From Raillietiella orientalis (taxonomy: Eukaryota), in assembly GCA_036172245.1 (NCBI GenBank), contig JAYWIR010000036.1, positions 2,170,001 to 2,234,000 of the forward strand: 64,000 bases of DNA. The letters run 5' to 3'. The notes beneath the pieces are model-generated. The model worked only from the letters and a program-made list of their open reading frames with translations. It ran no database searches and was not told the origin of the DNA. The translations under genes were made by a program, and so were the position numbers. This document shows, piece after piece, positions 40,091 through 51,599 of this stretch. Position 1 is the stretch's first letter; each line of letters opens with the position of its first letter.

Positions 40091-42245
40091 CGCCGCGTCT
40101 TTCTCCTTTCTCTCTCACACACACACACAAAGAAAGAAAGAAAAAGATAAGCAGTTTTCCTAAAAAATAAAAAAAAAAATTACAAGCTGGAAAAACAGCT
40201 GATGAAAGCCAGGCAATGATGACGACCAATAGGATAACAGTGAACTAAACAACCAAAAACCAAGTGTGGGGGGGGGGGGGGAAACGTTCGAAGAAGCAAC
40301 AACACTGATAGCGAGTGTCGAGCAGGGAATTGGAGATGCCGGAAAGAAGTTATGAGGAGTTTGATTTTCTCGCTGCGTTTGCGACGCCTTTGGGAAGACT
40401 GGAACCCCATGCAGCATCTGGAGGCTGAACGTGCGACAGCAAACGTGCTGGTCATCTCCAGATGAGAGTCGAACCCAATGGTCCTAAGCAGGAACGCGTC
40501 GTGAAACTGCAAGAACGTCCGCGGCCGCTAAAATGTACGAAACTACGCTGCAGAATCGACAGTCACCCTCCGTGCCTTTGCTGAACGTTGCCCGCGCCAA
40601 GAGAGACCTCGAAACCTCTGGTTCGAAAGATACCTAAAGATATAAAAAGACCGAAACACCTGAAAGAACTAGAGGTGGTCCGCAGCTCGCCACGAGATCA
40701 CAGTTTCCTGTGCATATCTGTGTACAGCTGGGAGATCGCGTTACCATATTTGCGGGAAGCAAACAACCAATACAACACCCCCACCCCCTGGAAGCCTTTG
40801 ATACCAAAATTCTTGCAAGAAGCAACGAGGGCGTTCAACATCACTGAAAAACCGTCTCCAAACTCCGTTAAGAGGCACGCGTCCAATGAGATCAAAAACC
40901 TGACAAACTGCCTCTGCACTCAGGGGCTCGAAAAAGTACCACTGCAAAGGATCGCTTTGGAAGATAAAAAGCGCGACTCTTCTTCGCCGCCAATGCTGCT
41001 CTGACTTACTCTCTCGGTCGAAAGCAGCTATCCACTTCGGCTCTGTAGCCGGTACTTCTCAGACGTTCCAAACTGCGGGACCCAGAATCGCACTTTCCCT
41101 TCCAAAAGGACAATCATGGACGTGCATAAAAACGGATGCAGGCTATCCTTCCACGTGGATATCCATCAAGGCAGCTTTTACATCGAAAGAGTCTTGCGTG
41201 AGTCTCACGTGCTAGAGGTGACTCTTAAACAAATTTCTGGATGCTGCCGAAACGGCGAAGACGTGAAATTTTTGTGCGTGGCTCGGATCCGGGATCCACC
41301 CAGTGAATCATCAATCAGACAAGGACGGCGTTTTACTCCTGGCATTCCTGCATGAAAAAGACATCCGGCGAGCGTCTTCTCTGCCCTGCAAGCGGAAAGG
41401 AGACAAAAAACAAACTTCAGGATAAACAGGCGGAAAGAGTGGGTCGAGCATTCAGGTGGCCACGGTGGTCGAGATTCCTGCGTTGGTGGGGCCGACTCCA
41501 TGCGCGTTGCCACGGTACCGCAGAGGTGCCTGCAGCGTTCCTTCCCGCGCCGTGACCACGTGCGATCGGAGGAGGAAATCAGCCTCGTTGAAGATGCACA
41601 TCATTTTTCGATGGGAGTGACACTCAGTTGACCGATTTGCTTTCAGAAACTCATTTTCCGTCTCTGTTGTAACTTTTCAATACCACCTGTATAATGGGGG
41701 GGGGAAAAAAAACAAAAATTTGCTTGGATAGATTTTTTTATTTTCATTTTTTACTTTAGAAAATACATCACTTCATGTTGAGCGATAATTCAAATTTTTG
41801 TTTGACGATGCTTAAGTATCACTGATGCTGAAGATGCTGCATTGAAAACTGCAAAATAGGATGATGTTTTGCAAACAGAGTGGGTCACATTCAACAACCA
41901 TCAGTTGCAAAATTTTCAACTGGTTACCAAAAAAGTATCCAATTCCATGCAATGAATGCATGATCACTAAAATAAGACATGCTGGAAGCTGGTTTGTATA
42001 ACTGAGTCACATCTGGTAAACACAGAATACTGATCCACAGATCTATGGCACAACTTTGTGAAATCTGCACACATCAATCCTTGACTTCTTCCCATATGCA
42101 GGCATGTAAAACATGTGCATAACAAATAAGGAGGTATGAGTAATGTCAGCTGTACCTGGCACACACATGAAAGCTGTTTGGGGGTGATCCCCAAATTTTC
42201 AGAAAGCAAGTAATTCGTTGATTTGGACCAAAATTTGCTTTCAGA

Positions 42246-43319
42246 CTACTTTAGCATTAGTGTTTCTACTGATCCTTTACCAGTCTGGAATTTTTTCCTC
42301 CTGGAAGCAATGCAAGTTTCTGATAACACCTTCTTTCTCAAAGAACAACTGTCCTTGTTTTGGAAGCAATTTTGTGCATGTGACAAGAACAATTTTAACA
42401 AGTCAATATCTCCTTCAAATGGCCCAAAAATGTAATCACAAAAGACATTTGACCTTTTATTTGGATAAAAGCAACACTCCACCTGTTCTTTATTGGTTGC
42501 AAAGTAATGGTTCAACTTCACCATCGGAATGTGAAGCTTAGAAGCTGCAACACCTGTAATCTGCACATCTTCAATCCAAAAGTAAGGCAGACTTTTCAAA
42601 ACTGTCAGTATTTGCTTTGCTGCTTCTCTGGACAGGATGTATGCCCAGCCAGCCATGTATTTGGGATAAAAGGTTGCATTGAACTCTTCATTCCTCACAA
42701 AATATTTACTGTTTACATCCCTGATTGGTTTCACATTTTCTTGGAGATAACCCAACATCTGTGGCTTACCTGGTGTGAAGAGGGGGTGCAGTTTTTCGAA
42801 AAGGGAAAACACATTCATGAGAATATCATCATCAAGTTTCAGAACGAACTGGGCATTGGTATAAGAGACCGCCCACTCTAGGCTGGTGGCAGTTTTAAGT
42901 GTCAGATGCTTATATGCTTCTGGGAAGTTTCCTTGAATTATATCTCCAAACTGCTCGCTCTCCAGCAGAATTTTTCTATTATCAAATCCCGTGCCGTTGG
43001 CGCCGCCTTTCCAGACTCCTAACGAGAAAATCCTGGCAATGGAGAGTTCAGCAAGTACTTTCTCTGGCAGGAGCTTCCTTAATGCGGATCGGATCTCGTG
43101 ATTTTCCGGATGGGACGACACCATCACAACCAAGAAAATCTTCCTACCTAGCCACGAGAAGTTATCAACCACGAAGGAAGCGTTGCTCCCCGAAGGCCAT
43201 CCCGGTGTGGAAAGGTCGGCTCCCACCGACCGCACGCTTCCTCTGGCGCGGAAAATCCGGAAGACACAGAACGCAAGCAAGCCCAAGAAAACACATGCTT
43301 TGCACACATGGCGCCTCAT
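42246..43319 (-). CDS. Beta-1,3-galactosyltransferase-family (GT31, Galactosyl_T) type II membrane glycosyltransferase, ~357 aa, single coding exon
   Basis: N-terminal TM segment VCKACVFLGLLAFCVF after the ATG at 43319. Motifs: VMVSSHPEN..IRSALR, ESEQFGDIIQGNF.EAY.HLTLKT, FVLKLDDD (DxD), YPKYMAGWAYILS, IEDVQITG. An in-frame upstream ATG exists at 43535. The ORF-track start at 43766 is non-ATG. Confidence 0.93.
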   Translation of the reverse strand: MRRHVCKACVFLGLLAFCVFRIFRARGSVRSVGADLSTPGWPSGSNASFVVDNFSWLGRKIFLVVMVSSHPENHEIRSALRKLLPEKVLAELSIARIFSLGVWKGGANGTGFDNRKILLESEQFGDIIQGNFPEAYKHLTLKTATSLEWAVSYTNAQFVLKLDDDILMNVFSLFEKLHPLFTPGKPQMLGYLQENVKPIRDVNSKYFVRNEEFNATFYPKYMAGWAYILSREAAKQILTVLKSLPYFWIEDVQITGVAASKLHIPMVKLNHYFATNKEQVECCFYPNKRSNVFCDYIFGPFEGDIDLLKLFLSHAQNCFQNKDSCSLRKKVLSETCIASRRKKFQTGKGSVETLMLK

Positions 43320-45169
43320 AACACTTTCCGTGGAAACCAACACGATCGTTTCGTCAGCATCAGTACGGTGCCTCCTCTTTTTTTCCTTCCCCGCGCGGGC
43401 AAAGCTCGCAACGTCACCACCTCTGGACGGCTCGCTCTTCTGAGGCCGGCGGGCGCCGCGCAGAAGGCGGGCGCACGCCGGCCCTGCGCAGGCCCGGAAG
43501 GCGAGGTCATCCGTCGTCGCTCGGCGTGTGGACATTCCCGAGATCCAGCGGTTTCTTATCCGGCGGAGTAGCCTGTGGGTAGCTGCAGGGGGGTGCTGTG
43601 GAGCCACCACAGTGGTGCTTCGACGTTTCCTGCTATCAGCGTTGGCGGCGACCCTTACACGCACCGGCAGGGTCGGACTTGAGAAATCGGACGTTTTGCC
43701 TTGCGTGGAAAAAAAGTGACCGTGCGCAGAGGCCCGCAGCAGTTGGCGCAATTTGGTGGAGCTCACGGAAATGCTATCGTGACCGCAAGAGGTCCAGAGG
43801 CTTCACGGAGGATGATGGTTCCTTCTTCGCGGGGGCCTTCGTCCGTGTACTCGGTTGGACTCACCTGGAAACCGAGGAAGCCTCGTAGAGTTTCTCCGGT
43901 GAATTTCGTAGCTTCCAAGAAGCAACGCCGGCGGTTGCCACGAGCTTCAGGTCTCTGAAGGGCTTCGTGGAACAAAGCCCTCGTGCAGCCTGTTTTTCGC
44001 AATCAAAAAACGCTTTGGTTTCTTCGACGACGTCATCTCCTTGATGCTTTCCGCGTTCCCTTCGCAAGCACGCGGTGATGACCGCATTCGCATATACCGC
44101 GAGCTTCATCGGATTCTACATGGATCACTCTTTTCTGCTTCGAAGAGAGCCCATGAAAATCCCCATCCCGACTATCTGAAGTTGGAATCGATTGGGATCC
44201 CCCAAAAGACGGGAGTTCATCGCCAGTGCTTCCCCCTTGTTTATTGCTCTCCCCCCGTTGCCTTCCCTTTCGGTCGAAATAAATCTGCTCTTATCCTCTT
44301 AATGTCTGACACGCCGCCCATCTGGTGGCCAGTATATTAAACTGCTTTGCAGAACGGAACGAGATGCTCGCAGCTCGCTCCTTCGCTGATTGACCCGCTG
44401 CTGAAATACCTCGGGTATAGGCTCGGACAGGAGAGTTTGGCCAAGACCTCCTGCCTGCTTTCCCCACTTTTGACTTTAGCACTGCTGAGTGATTAATTTC
44501 GGACGCCTGCGAATCACCATGGGGAACTGGCAGCAGCCAAATGCCTACAGAACGGCGGTAAACGACGGAAGTCTTTACTCTGACGCCATTGTTTCCTTAC
44601 ATTTCCTGGATAGCGTTCCCATAGGGCTGTCATCACTCCCAATCTGCCACCGGCAGTGAGACAGAAGACCCAGCACTTTCAGCGCGAGCGACGGGATGGC
44701 CTAGCTGCTCCCTGTCCTCCTTGTCTGGGGACGGATCAGCGTGCTCTTCATTCGTGGCCACTCCGATCCATGCTTCTTTCTGGTAGACGGTGCCTTCCCG
44801 CTCTTTATGGCGTCTTCCGTATCACCCAGGGAGCGAGCGGCTGGGGAAATTCCCGATCCGCTGCTTCGACCAGCGTGGGGGAAGCGACCAGGATGGGGTA
44901 GGGTGGGTCGCTTCGTCCGCCTGAACCACCTTCCCGCTTGTCGCCAACCCGCACTTAGAAGCCGAACGTGTCGGTGGAGTCCCTAGCAAAGAACGAGAAG
45001 GGAAGCGGGAAGGACAGCTGCGAGCATTCCGCAGGGTGTTCCGCACGAGGTCCGCTGGAACGCCATGGGGCGGACGTCGGCCGCTTCGCTCGCGAAATAG
45101 CCTTCTGGGAGTTCCCAGAGATGGCTGCAATGTGTGCAACCACTGGCAGGAAATCCAACAATGTCAGCG

Positions 45170-45655
45170 ACAATAAAACACAGCAACAATAGGAGCGAGA
45201 ATTAGTATGATAATAATAGCAACAATAACAACAACCGTGACAGCGAAGATGACAAGAATGGCAATGGCGCTAATTCGAATAAAAACAATATAGATAACAG
45301 GAAAACAATGGCTGCTGCCGAAATAAAACAGCATCAACCATTATAAGAATAGCAACAATAAACACAATGATAGCAGTGAACATCATAAGAATAAGAACGA
45401 GAATAACAAGAATTATGCGAACCATAAAAATAACAGGAGCAACAATAGCCATGATAGCAACAGTAACGATAGAATCATCGTGGGAACCATAGTAATGATG
45501 ACAGGAGCAACAACCAACAATCTAGCAAGCCTAATAGGAACAAAAAGAATTACAAGAATGGCAGTAACAAAAATAAGACAACCTTGGGAATGACAGCAAT
45601 AAGAAGGTGAAGAACGAAAATCCAAAAGTGATCCAAAGGCAACAGGAACAACAAT
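45170..45655. repeat. Degenerate (AAC/AAT/AGC)n low-complexity tract
   Basis: A-rich sequence with trinucleotide periodicity, producing spurious hydrophobic ORFs on the minus strand. Confidence 0.8.
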
Positions 45656-45659
45656 GATC

Positions 45660-46190
45660 CTACGGGGACGTTTCGTGGGAGTCCATGGGGTGACCTCTGT
45701 CCTTCACGAGGCGTTCCTGCGGAAGGATCTCGCTGTTTCGATTTCCCCGTTGGCGCCGGGCAGGGGCGGCCGATCTACATCAGATCTTCACCGATCTTAT
45801 CATTCCCAAACGGACACGCCTCAGAGGGAAATGGGGGGAGGGGGAGAGCGTTTCTTCCCGGAACCTTTCCCGACGGGAAGGAACCCGCCGGCCTTCCCTG
45901 TCGCGCGGGCCAACGGGTTGCGCGCCCCGGCCTGCTCAAGAAACTTGCTAGCCAGCAAAGCCGAGAGGAAAGACTCCGTCGACCATGCCCCCCCGGACGG
46001 CTGCTTGCTCGTTCAGGGAAGAGAGAGGGGCCGCAGCGACACGGTCCGCGTCGGCGGCACCGGGCGTCGCGGGTTCGAATCCCGCCCGGAGGAAAGGGTC
46101 GAGCCAAGAACGGCTGGTGCGTCGTGCGTTTCGAGTCCCACCGCAAGATGACAGTGGTTGGCCTATTCGGGTGCGGCGACACTGGTTGAC
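45660..46190 (+). mobile_element. Decayed LINE ORF2 fragment (endonuclease C-terminus plus linker)
   Basis: DSVDHAP (SDH-like), followed by a segment homologous to 39855-39970 (-) and 35810-35885 (-). Confidence 0.5.
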
Positions 46191-46960
46191 ACCCGGTCAA
46201 GATGGGGTGTTTATTTATAGAATAAACATCCACCTCTGTGGCAGGACGTTTGATCCTGCCACGTTACTCATAGCTAGGGAAAGGAACCTTTCGGGAACTG
46301 CTACGCAGACCAGCAGGGTCGCCTCGGCAGCATAGGGGAAGGAGAGACAAACAAAAAGACAAACATGCAGTCAGAAAAATAGAGGGGGAGGGAGGGGGTT
46401 CGGGAAGGGATCATTGTGTGCTGGAGGGTGTCCTCTGCATCCTCGTGAGGATGCTGGCAAGTTCCTGTTTCAAGATCCTCAGATGAGGCCGTCTTGACGC
46501 TATCTTCATGAAGAGGACAGCAAAATAAATGGTGTCTCTGTCGTTCTGGTCTTTGATGTTGCTCATGCAGCCACAGTCCCGCCGCATAGGCAGCACAGTG
46601 CTGATGGGGATGCGGCCGGCGTGAGGGCTTCGCAAAGGAAGAGACGCTTTACAACGTCTCTGACATTGCCGCCGGGGATTCCAAGGGTCGCGGCAAAGCG
46701 CCCCCAAAGGGACCGGAGGGCAACACAGTCCACTGGGAGGTGCGGGAAGAATTCCCGTTCCCGCACCTTGCACAGTTCGGGTCCACCTCTCCCCCCATGT
46801 CTACTGATGCCAGCGGGCGTTGCACGGGAGCCCCAGTGCAGCAGCATCAATGCCGACTCCTTCCACTTTAAGGGGACGGTGCGGGTGTTCATGAGCACCT
46901 CCCATGCCACCCGGGGGCTACTGAAGGTCTTCCTCCGGAATACTCAGTAGCACGCCCCAG
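46190..46960 (-). mobile_element. L1/Tx1-like retrotransposon 3' end, copy C
   Basis: CKVREREFFPHLPVDCVALRSLW, then FAVLFMKIASRRPHLRILKQELASILTRMQRT and a stop at 46411-46413. Shared 3'UTR with AATAAA. Confidence 0.75.
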
Positions 46961-47049
46961 AGCAAAAGTCCACGAGGTCGAGCACTCGAGGTCGCAGCGT
47001 CAGTCAGTTGACCCCTCTCCCACTCTCCCAGTCCTCTTCTCCTCCCGGA

Positions 47050-47650
47050 GATTTCCACAGGGTGTGGCACTGGTGTAAACCAGATGCCCCCGTTGGCTGG
47101 CCGAGATAGGGAGTAGACCCTACGGAGTCCTTCCAGGAATCAAGGAGACGTTCAGAGTCCCCCCCCCCCCCCAACTGTGAGAATGAGGCTGTTCCTCCCA
47201 CATCCTACGGGTAGAGGAACACGTACACGGAGCTTGTCGATGGATGCCTCTCCAGAGTGTGAAGAAGCGTGCTGCTCCCTTCGGGAGCGACTCTTCAGAG
47301 AAGATTGGGAAGATTCTTTTCGGGATCCTCTTCAGGGGAGGAAACAGGGAGCGGATCCTTTCCGGGGATCTCTCCGGAGAAGATATGAGGAGCGACCCTC
47401 ACAAACTGGAGGTCCTTCCGGAGAGAACAAGGTAGGAGGTTCCCTTCGCAGTTCCAAGGAGAGGGTTCCCTTACCAGGAGCAAGAGGAACGGACTCCTCC
47501 CTCCTCCGGAGCCTTCCTGGATTCACAAGATGCTCCATCCGGGACTACATCTGGAAGAATCAGATGCCCTCGGGTGGCATGGGAGGTGCTTAAAGAGCTT
47601 CGTGACCCTCGCAAAGAGGCGAACGATTCCTGAGTTCTTCCTCCAAGAGT
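47050..47650 (+). mobile_element. Decayed LINE early-RT fragment
   Basis: Clear DNA match to the reverse complement of ~35270-35820, e.g. GAACAGGGAGCGGATCCTTTCC-like, GTCCTTCCAGGA and GGAGCCTTCCTGGAT blocks. Confidence 0.6.
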
Positions 47651-50600
47651 CATCGTTCGTGGGAGGGAAGGGGGAGGAGGAAGGGGATACACGAGTTTCC
47701 CCTCAGGGCAGCGCTTCGCCGAAGCGTCCGCATTGCGGTGGCCGCCCCAGTGTTGCCAGTCCCTCGCAGCCGGCCGCTCGCCTGAGTAGCAGACGCGCAA
47801 GGAAGCCCCACGGGGCCATCAAGGGCTGGGTCGCCGCCTCTCCGGCGTCCGGAGGTCCTTCGTCCCAATGCGGAGCAGCACGCAAGTCTCGGAGGGTGTG
47901 GCTCCTTCCTGCTCCCTAAAGGGTCTTTCTCGGGAGCTCCTCGTTCCTTCCCCAAGTGCCCTGTGCGTGGGGAGGGAAAGGGAGCTGAGCAGGGACCTCC
48001 TGGAGTGAAGCATCCCTCTGAAGAGAACGAGAAGAGCGCGTCCTTAACCACAAGTGAAGTCAACGCTTTCCGGAGCCAACATGTTGGCAAGGGTGACCCT
48101 TGCGGTTTTTTATTGTTAACATGACAGCCTCACGTTAATTACCAGCTAAATGAGTGGGGAATCGTCAAAATAGGAAAGCATTTAGGAATATGCACTTCGC
48201 TCCCCTAGTTGCAGTGCTGCTAAGAAGCGAACAGGATGGCGGAAACGGCAGCGGCAAACATAAAGGGGAGATCTTCCCGCTCCCGGGACCATGTTTGGCG
48301 AGTTGGGAGCAGCCAGGAAACCGCGTGCTTCGAGCTCCGGAGCATCTTCACGCTGGGAGAGAAACCGGGCCAGGGATAGCTCCCTCCTCCGGCCCCTTGG
48401 AAAGTGACGGCGCCTCCCTGAGCCGTCTGCGGCCTGCCACGTGGAACCCCAGAGGAGTTCACGACGCTGCGAGGGCACGCTCGGCACCAACCCTCCTCCC
48501 CCTCCCCTCCTCCGTGACCGGCGGCAGGTCCTCGCCTCTTCCACCAGCCGTCCCGACTGTCTCCCTCTACCCGACACTTCCCCCCAGGACTCGGCCGGGG
48601 CGCGAGCGGACCTCAAGGAAGACAACGGAGTCGCAGAGCCCCAAGAAGAAGAGCGGACCTGGATATCGGGACACGTTGCGGAAGGAAGAAAGGCGCTTCC
48701 GCCCAAAAGGAGAGTGGGAACGGCCCGAGGGAGGCGCGAAACAGCGCCTCAGACGATCCTTCGTCGCCCTGCAGCCGAAACAGCCCACGGCTCCCCCCTT
48801 TCCTCGCGGCCCTCGACCCTGCACTACCCCGCCGGCATTAAACTTCCGACGCCTCCCGTCGCCAGGGTCACGGGACTCCTCGGGCGCTCCCCTTTCCTTC
48901 CCTCAGGGATTCCCGGGCGGAAGGACCCTCCGCGAGTTCTCGCGCTGTGTAGCCGGGGCAGCGGGGTTCCCGAGCGAATTCGCTCCCGGACAGGGAGGCC
49001 GGTCGTGACCTTCCCTCCCCCACACGGAGCGGGCCGCGAGGAGCACTGCATCCACGATCCCCTTCGGCACCTCCATCCGTCGAAAGGCCGCACGCAGCTG
49101 CCACAGAGGAGGCCCTCGGTCGTCACCAGTCCCGAAGAAGAAGCGGAGCAACCGTGGAGGACCCACTCGCCGGGGCTGGAGGGTGATCCCTTGCTGTCCG
49201 TCCTCCGCGCTCCTCGTCCCGGTCGCTCGCCAGCGGCATCCCCAGCGGCATTCCCACCGTTCCGACCGGAAGGAGACTGCGGCGGCGGGCACTTCCGGTC
49301 GGCGCTTCCGCTTCCCGGGCGCCCTCGGCTGGGCGGTGAAGTCGCGAAGGGGCCCTCCGCCAGGCCCCGAGGGCGGCTGTCCATCGGGGGGTTACCGCCC
49401 CCGGCGGGGAATGGCTCGGCTGCCCCCTACGCGGTTCGAAACGGAGCAGATGCCTCACCTGGTCCGACCCTGCAGCGGCGCGAGCCACCGGGGATCGCCA
49501 GCAGGTCCACGGTGCGTGGACCGACTCCGCGCCGATCGGTCCCGTCCGCGCGACGCGCGTCTCCAGGAAGACCGAGGTGCGGTCTCCTTGGAGACTCAGT
49601 GCCACGGGGGCGGAGCACGCACGACTGCTCGCCACCGCCATTCCCCTGGGCCGCGGCAGAGCGAGGCCCATAGGGATGGCGTGGCCATGGAAACGCGGCC
49701 CTCGAGGGCGCGGCCGACGCCGCGGCCCTCGCGGAAGGACCACCCTATTCCTGCATCCTCGCTCTCGTCCACGGGTGTCTCGCTGCACCCGTCCCCATTC
49801 CGGGTGGCCACAAGCGGGGGGACAGCCGAGGTCCCGCGCTCACCCCCGGGCTGCACAGTGGGCTCGGGGCTGCGCGACGGGCTTCCCGAGAGGGTGAACG
49901 TTCGGGGAGGCCGGGGCAGGGGAGGCAGGCGTTGCGTGCGGAGGAGGCGGAAGGTGACTTTGGCGAGGCTGCTACGGGCGCGACCGGGAATGCGAGGGAC
50001 AGGGAAGGGGGGCGTAGCCTGGAAACGAAAGTTATAGCCAGGAGTCGCTCGGCCCGAAGCGAGGCAGGCTGAGGAGGAACCTCGTTCGGCGGCGAGGTGC
50101 GCGAACTGCGGTCGCCTCACAGGGATGTGGCCCGGAGGAGCCGAGGTCGCAGGGAGAGGGCGAAGGGGGACCCTCTGGACTGAGGTGGTGGCCGCTGGAG
50201 GGTGACAGATCGCACCAGCAGGCGAGGATGGCGCATTGGACCTCCCGATCATTACATACGAGTGGAGGTTGAAATCAACACAACGCGTCCAGGGAGAAAG
50301 GAGCGTTGAGGTGGACGAGGAGAGCTTCGCTGGACGTGGAAGGAAAGTGGAAGAGGTGCTTCGTCTCCATCCATGGTCCTCCCTCATTTATTTTTATTCC
50401 CTTCTTCATCCCCATCATGCGGCCGAACTGCGGGTCGCCGCTTCAATCTCCCTCTACGAACTCGGAAACCTCCTACTTCGTTTGCTCAGTTTCCTCCTTA
50501 GGAAGTGACCGCCCGGCGCCGCCGGCAGTCGGCAAACTCTGCAAGAGGCAGCCTAACACAGCGCCGAGTGCTGCTGCCTCAGAGGAAGCACCGAGCTGTC

Positions 50601-51599
50601 CGCGGGAAACCCGAGGACCCCGACGTCCATCCGCGGCACCCTCTCGACGCCTCGCCTTGAGGCGGGGAGCCGAGCAAGCTAACGCGTGGATCAGCCTCCC
50701 CGAACTTCGTTCTGCTGGCAGCTTCGATGGCGACCACCCATCTTCTCAGTTGGCGCCGCCAAGCGCCGCGTCTAGGGTGGAGAGGTGCACCTGGAGGTCA
50801 GAAGCTGCAGGCTGGGCGAACCCTCGAAGGCAGACGCTTCGCCCCCTTTCCAAGCCAGAGTGGTGCATGGATGGGAGGATCCTCCCTTCCCTTCCTCGAC
50901 GAGAGCAGCCGCCATGCGGCGCTTCGAGGGGACGCGGGCAGACCGACCGGGGAGACCGCCGGTGGGCTTGCAGGGTCCCCCGACGCCAACTCGGTAACCG
51001 GATGAGAGGAACCGTTCCAGGCGCAGACGGAGTGCCCCCACGGAGAGAAGGACTCCGCAGCCCTTTTTGAGGCAGAGCTGGCATTCCTGGAGCCCAAGCT
51101 GGCGGCTCTGGTCCAGGAGACGGGCCTCCTCCAGACCAGCTTGGCCGACCCAGGAAGGTCGCCAGGACAATCGCCGCTCCGAGGCGCACGAATCGGACCG
51201 GCGGCGGAGTCCCGAAGGATACCGAGAGGGGATGAAAGGACGATCAGCCCCGCGTCCGCACCTGGAGCAGACTGCAGGAGGGAGGCGCCATGGCCGCTTT
51301 CGCGAAGAGCGTGCTGCACGCGGGACCCTCGCAGGGTTCCACCCAGGGAAGGCCACCGGCAGTCGCAGTCGATCTGCAGAAGGTCGCCGGCCACGCCCGT
51401 CTCGCTGAAGACGCCACAACGGTCCGGTGACATCCCTCGGCCGCCAGGGGTGCTGCAGTCGGCGCGGTGCGTTGCGGAAATCTCCACCCTCCCAGCGGGC
51501 TGCTCGCCGGAGGCATGGAGGTCAGGCGGGGGACGCGCCAGGGGAGGTACTTGAGCCTCGTGCCCTCTGGCAAACTCTTCGACCTGTGGTCGAACGCGA

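Noticed and set aside
40588..41004. 138-aa ORF of ordinary composition
   Set aside because: Non-ATG start, no recognisable motif and no convincing splice context.
45270..45625. Hydrophobic membrane-protein-like ORFs
   Set aside because: Antisense translation of a degenerate AAN trinucleotide tract.
39855..46170. tRNA genes or a tRNA-derived SINE at the two T-arm sites
   Set aside because: No A-box, D-arm or anticodon arm, and the context is LINE ORF2. Kept only as a T-arm finding.
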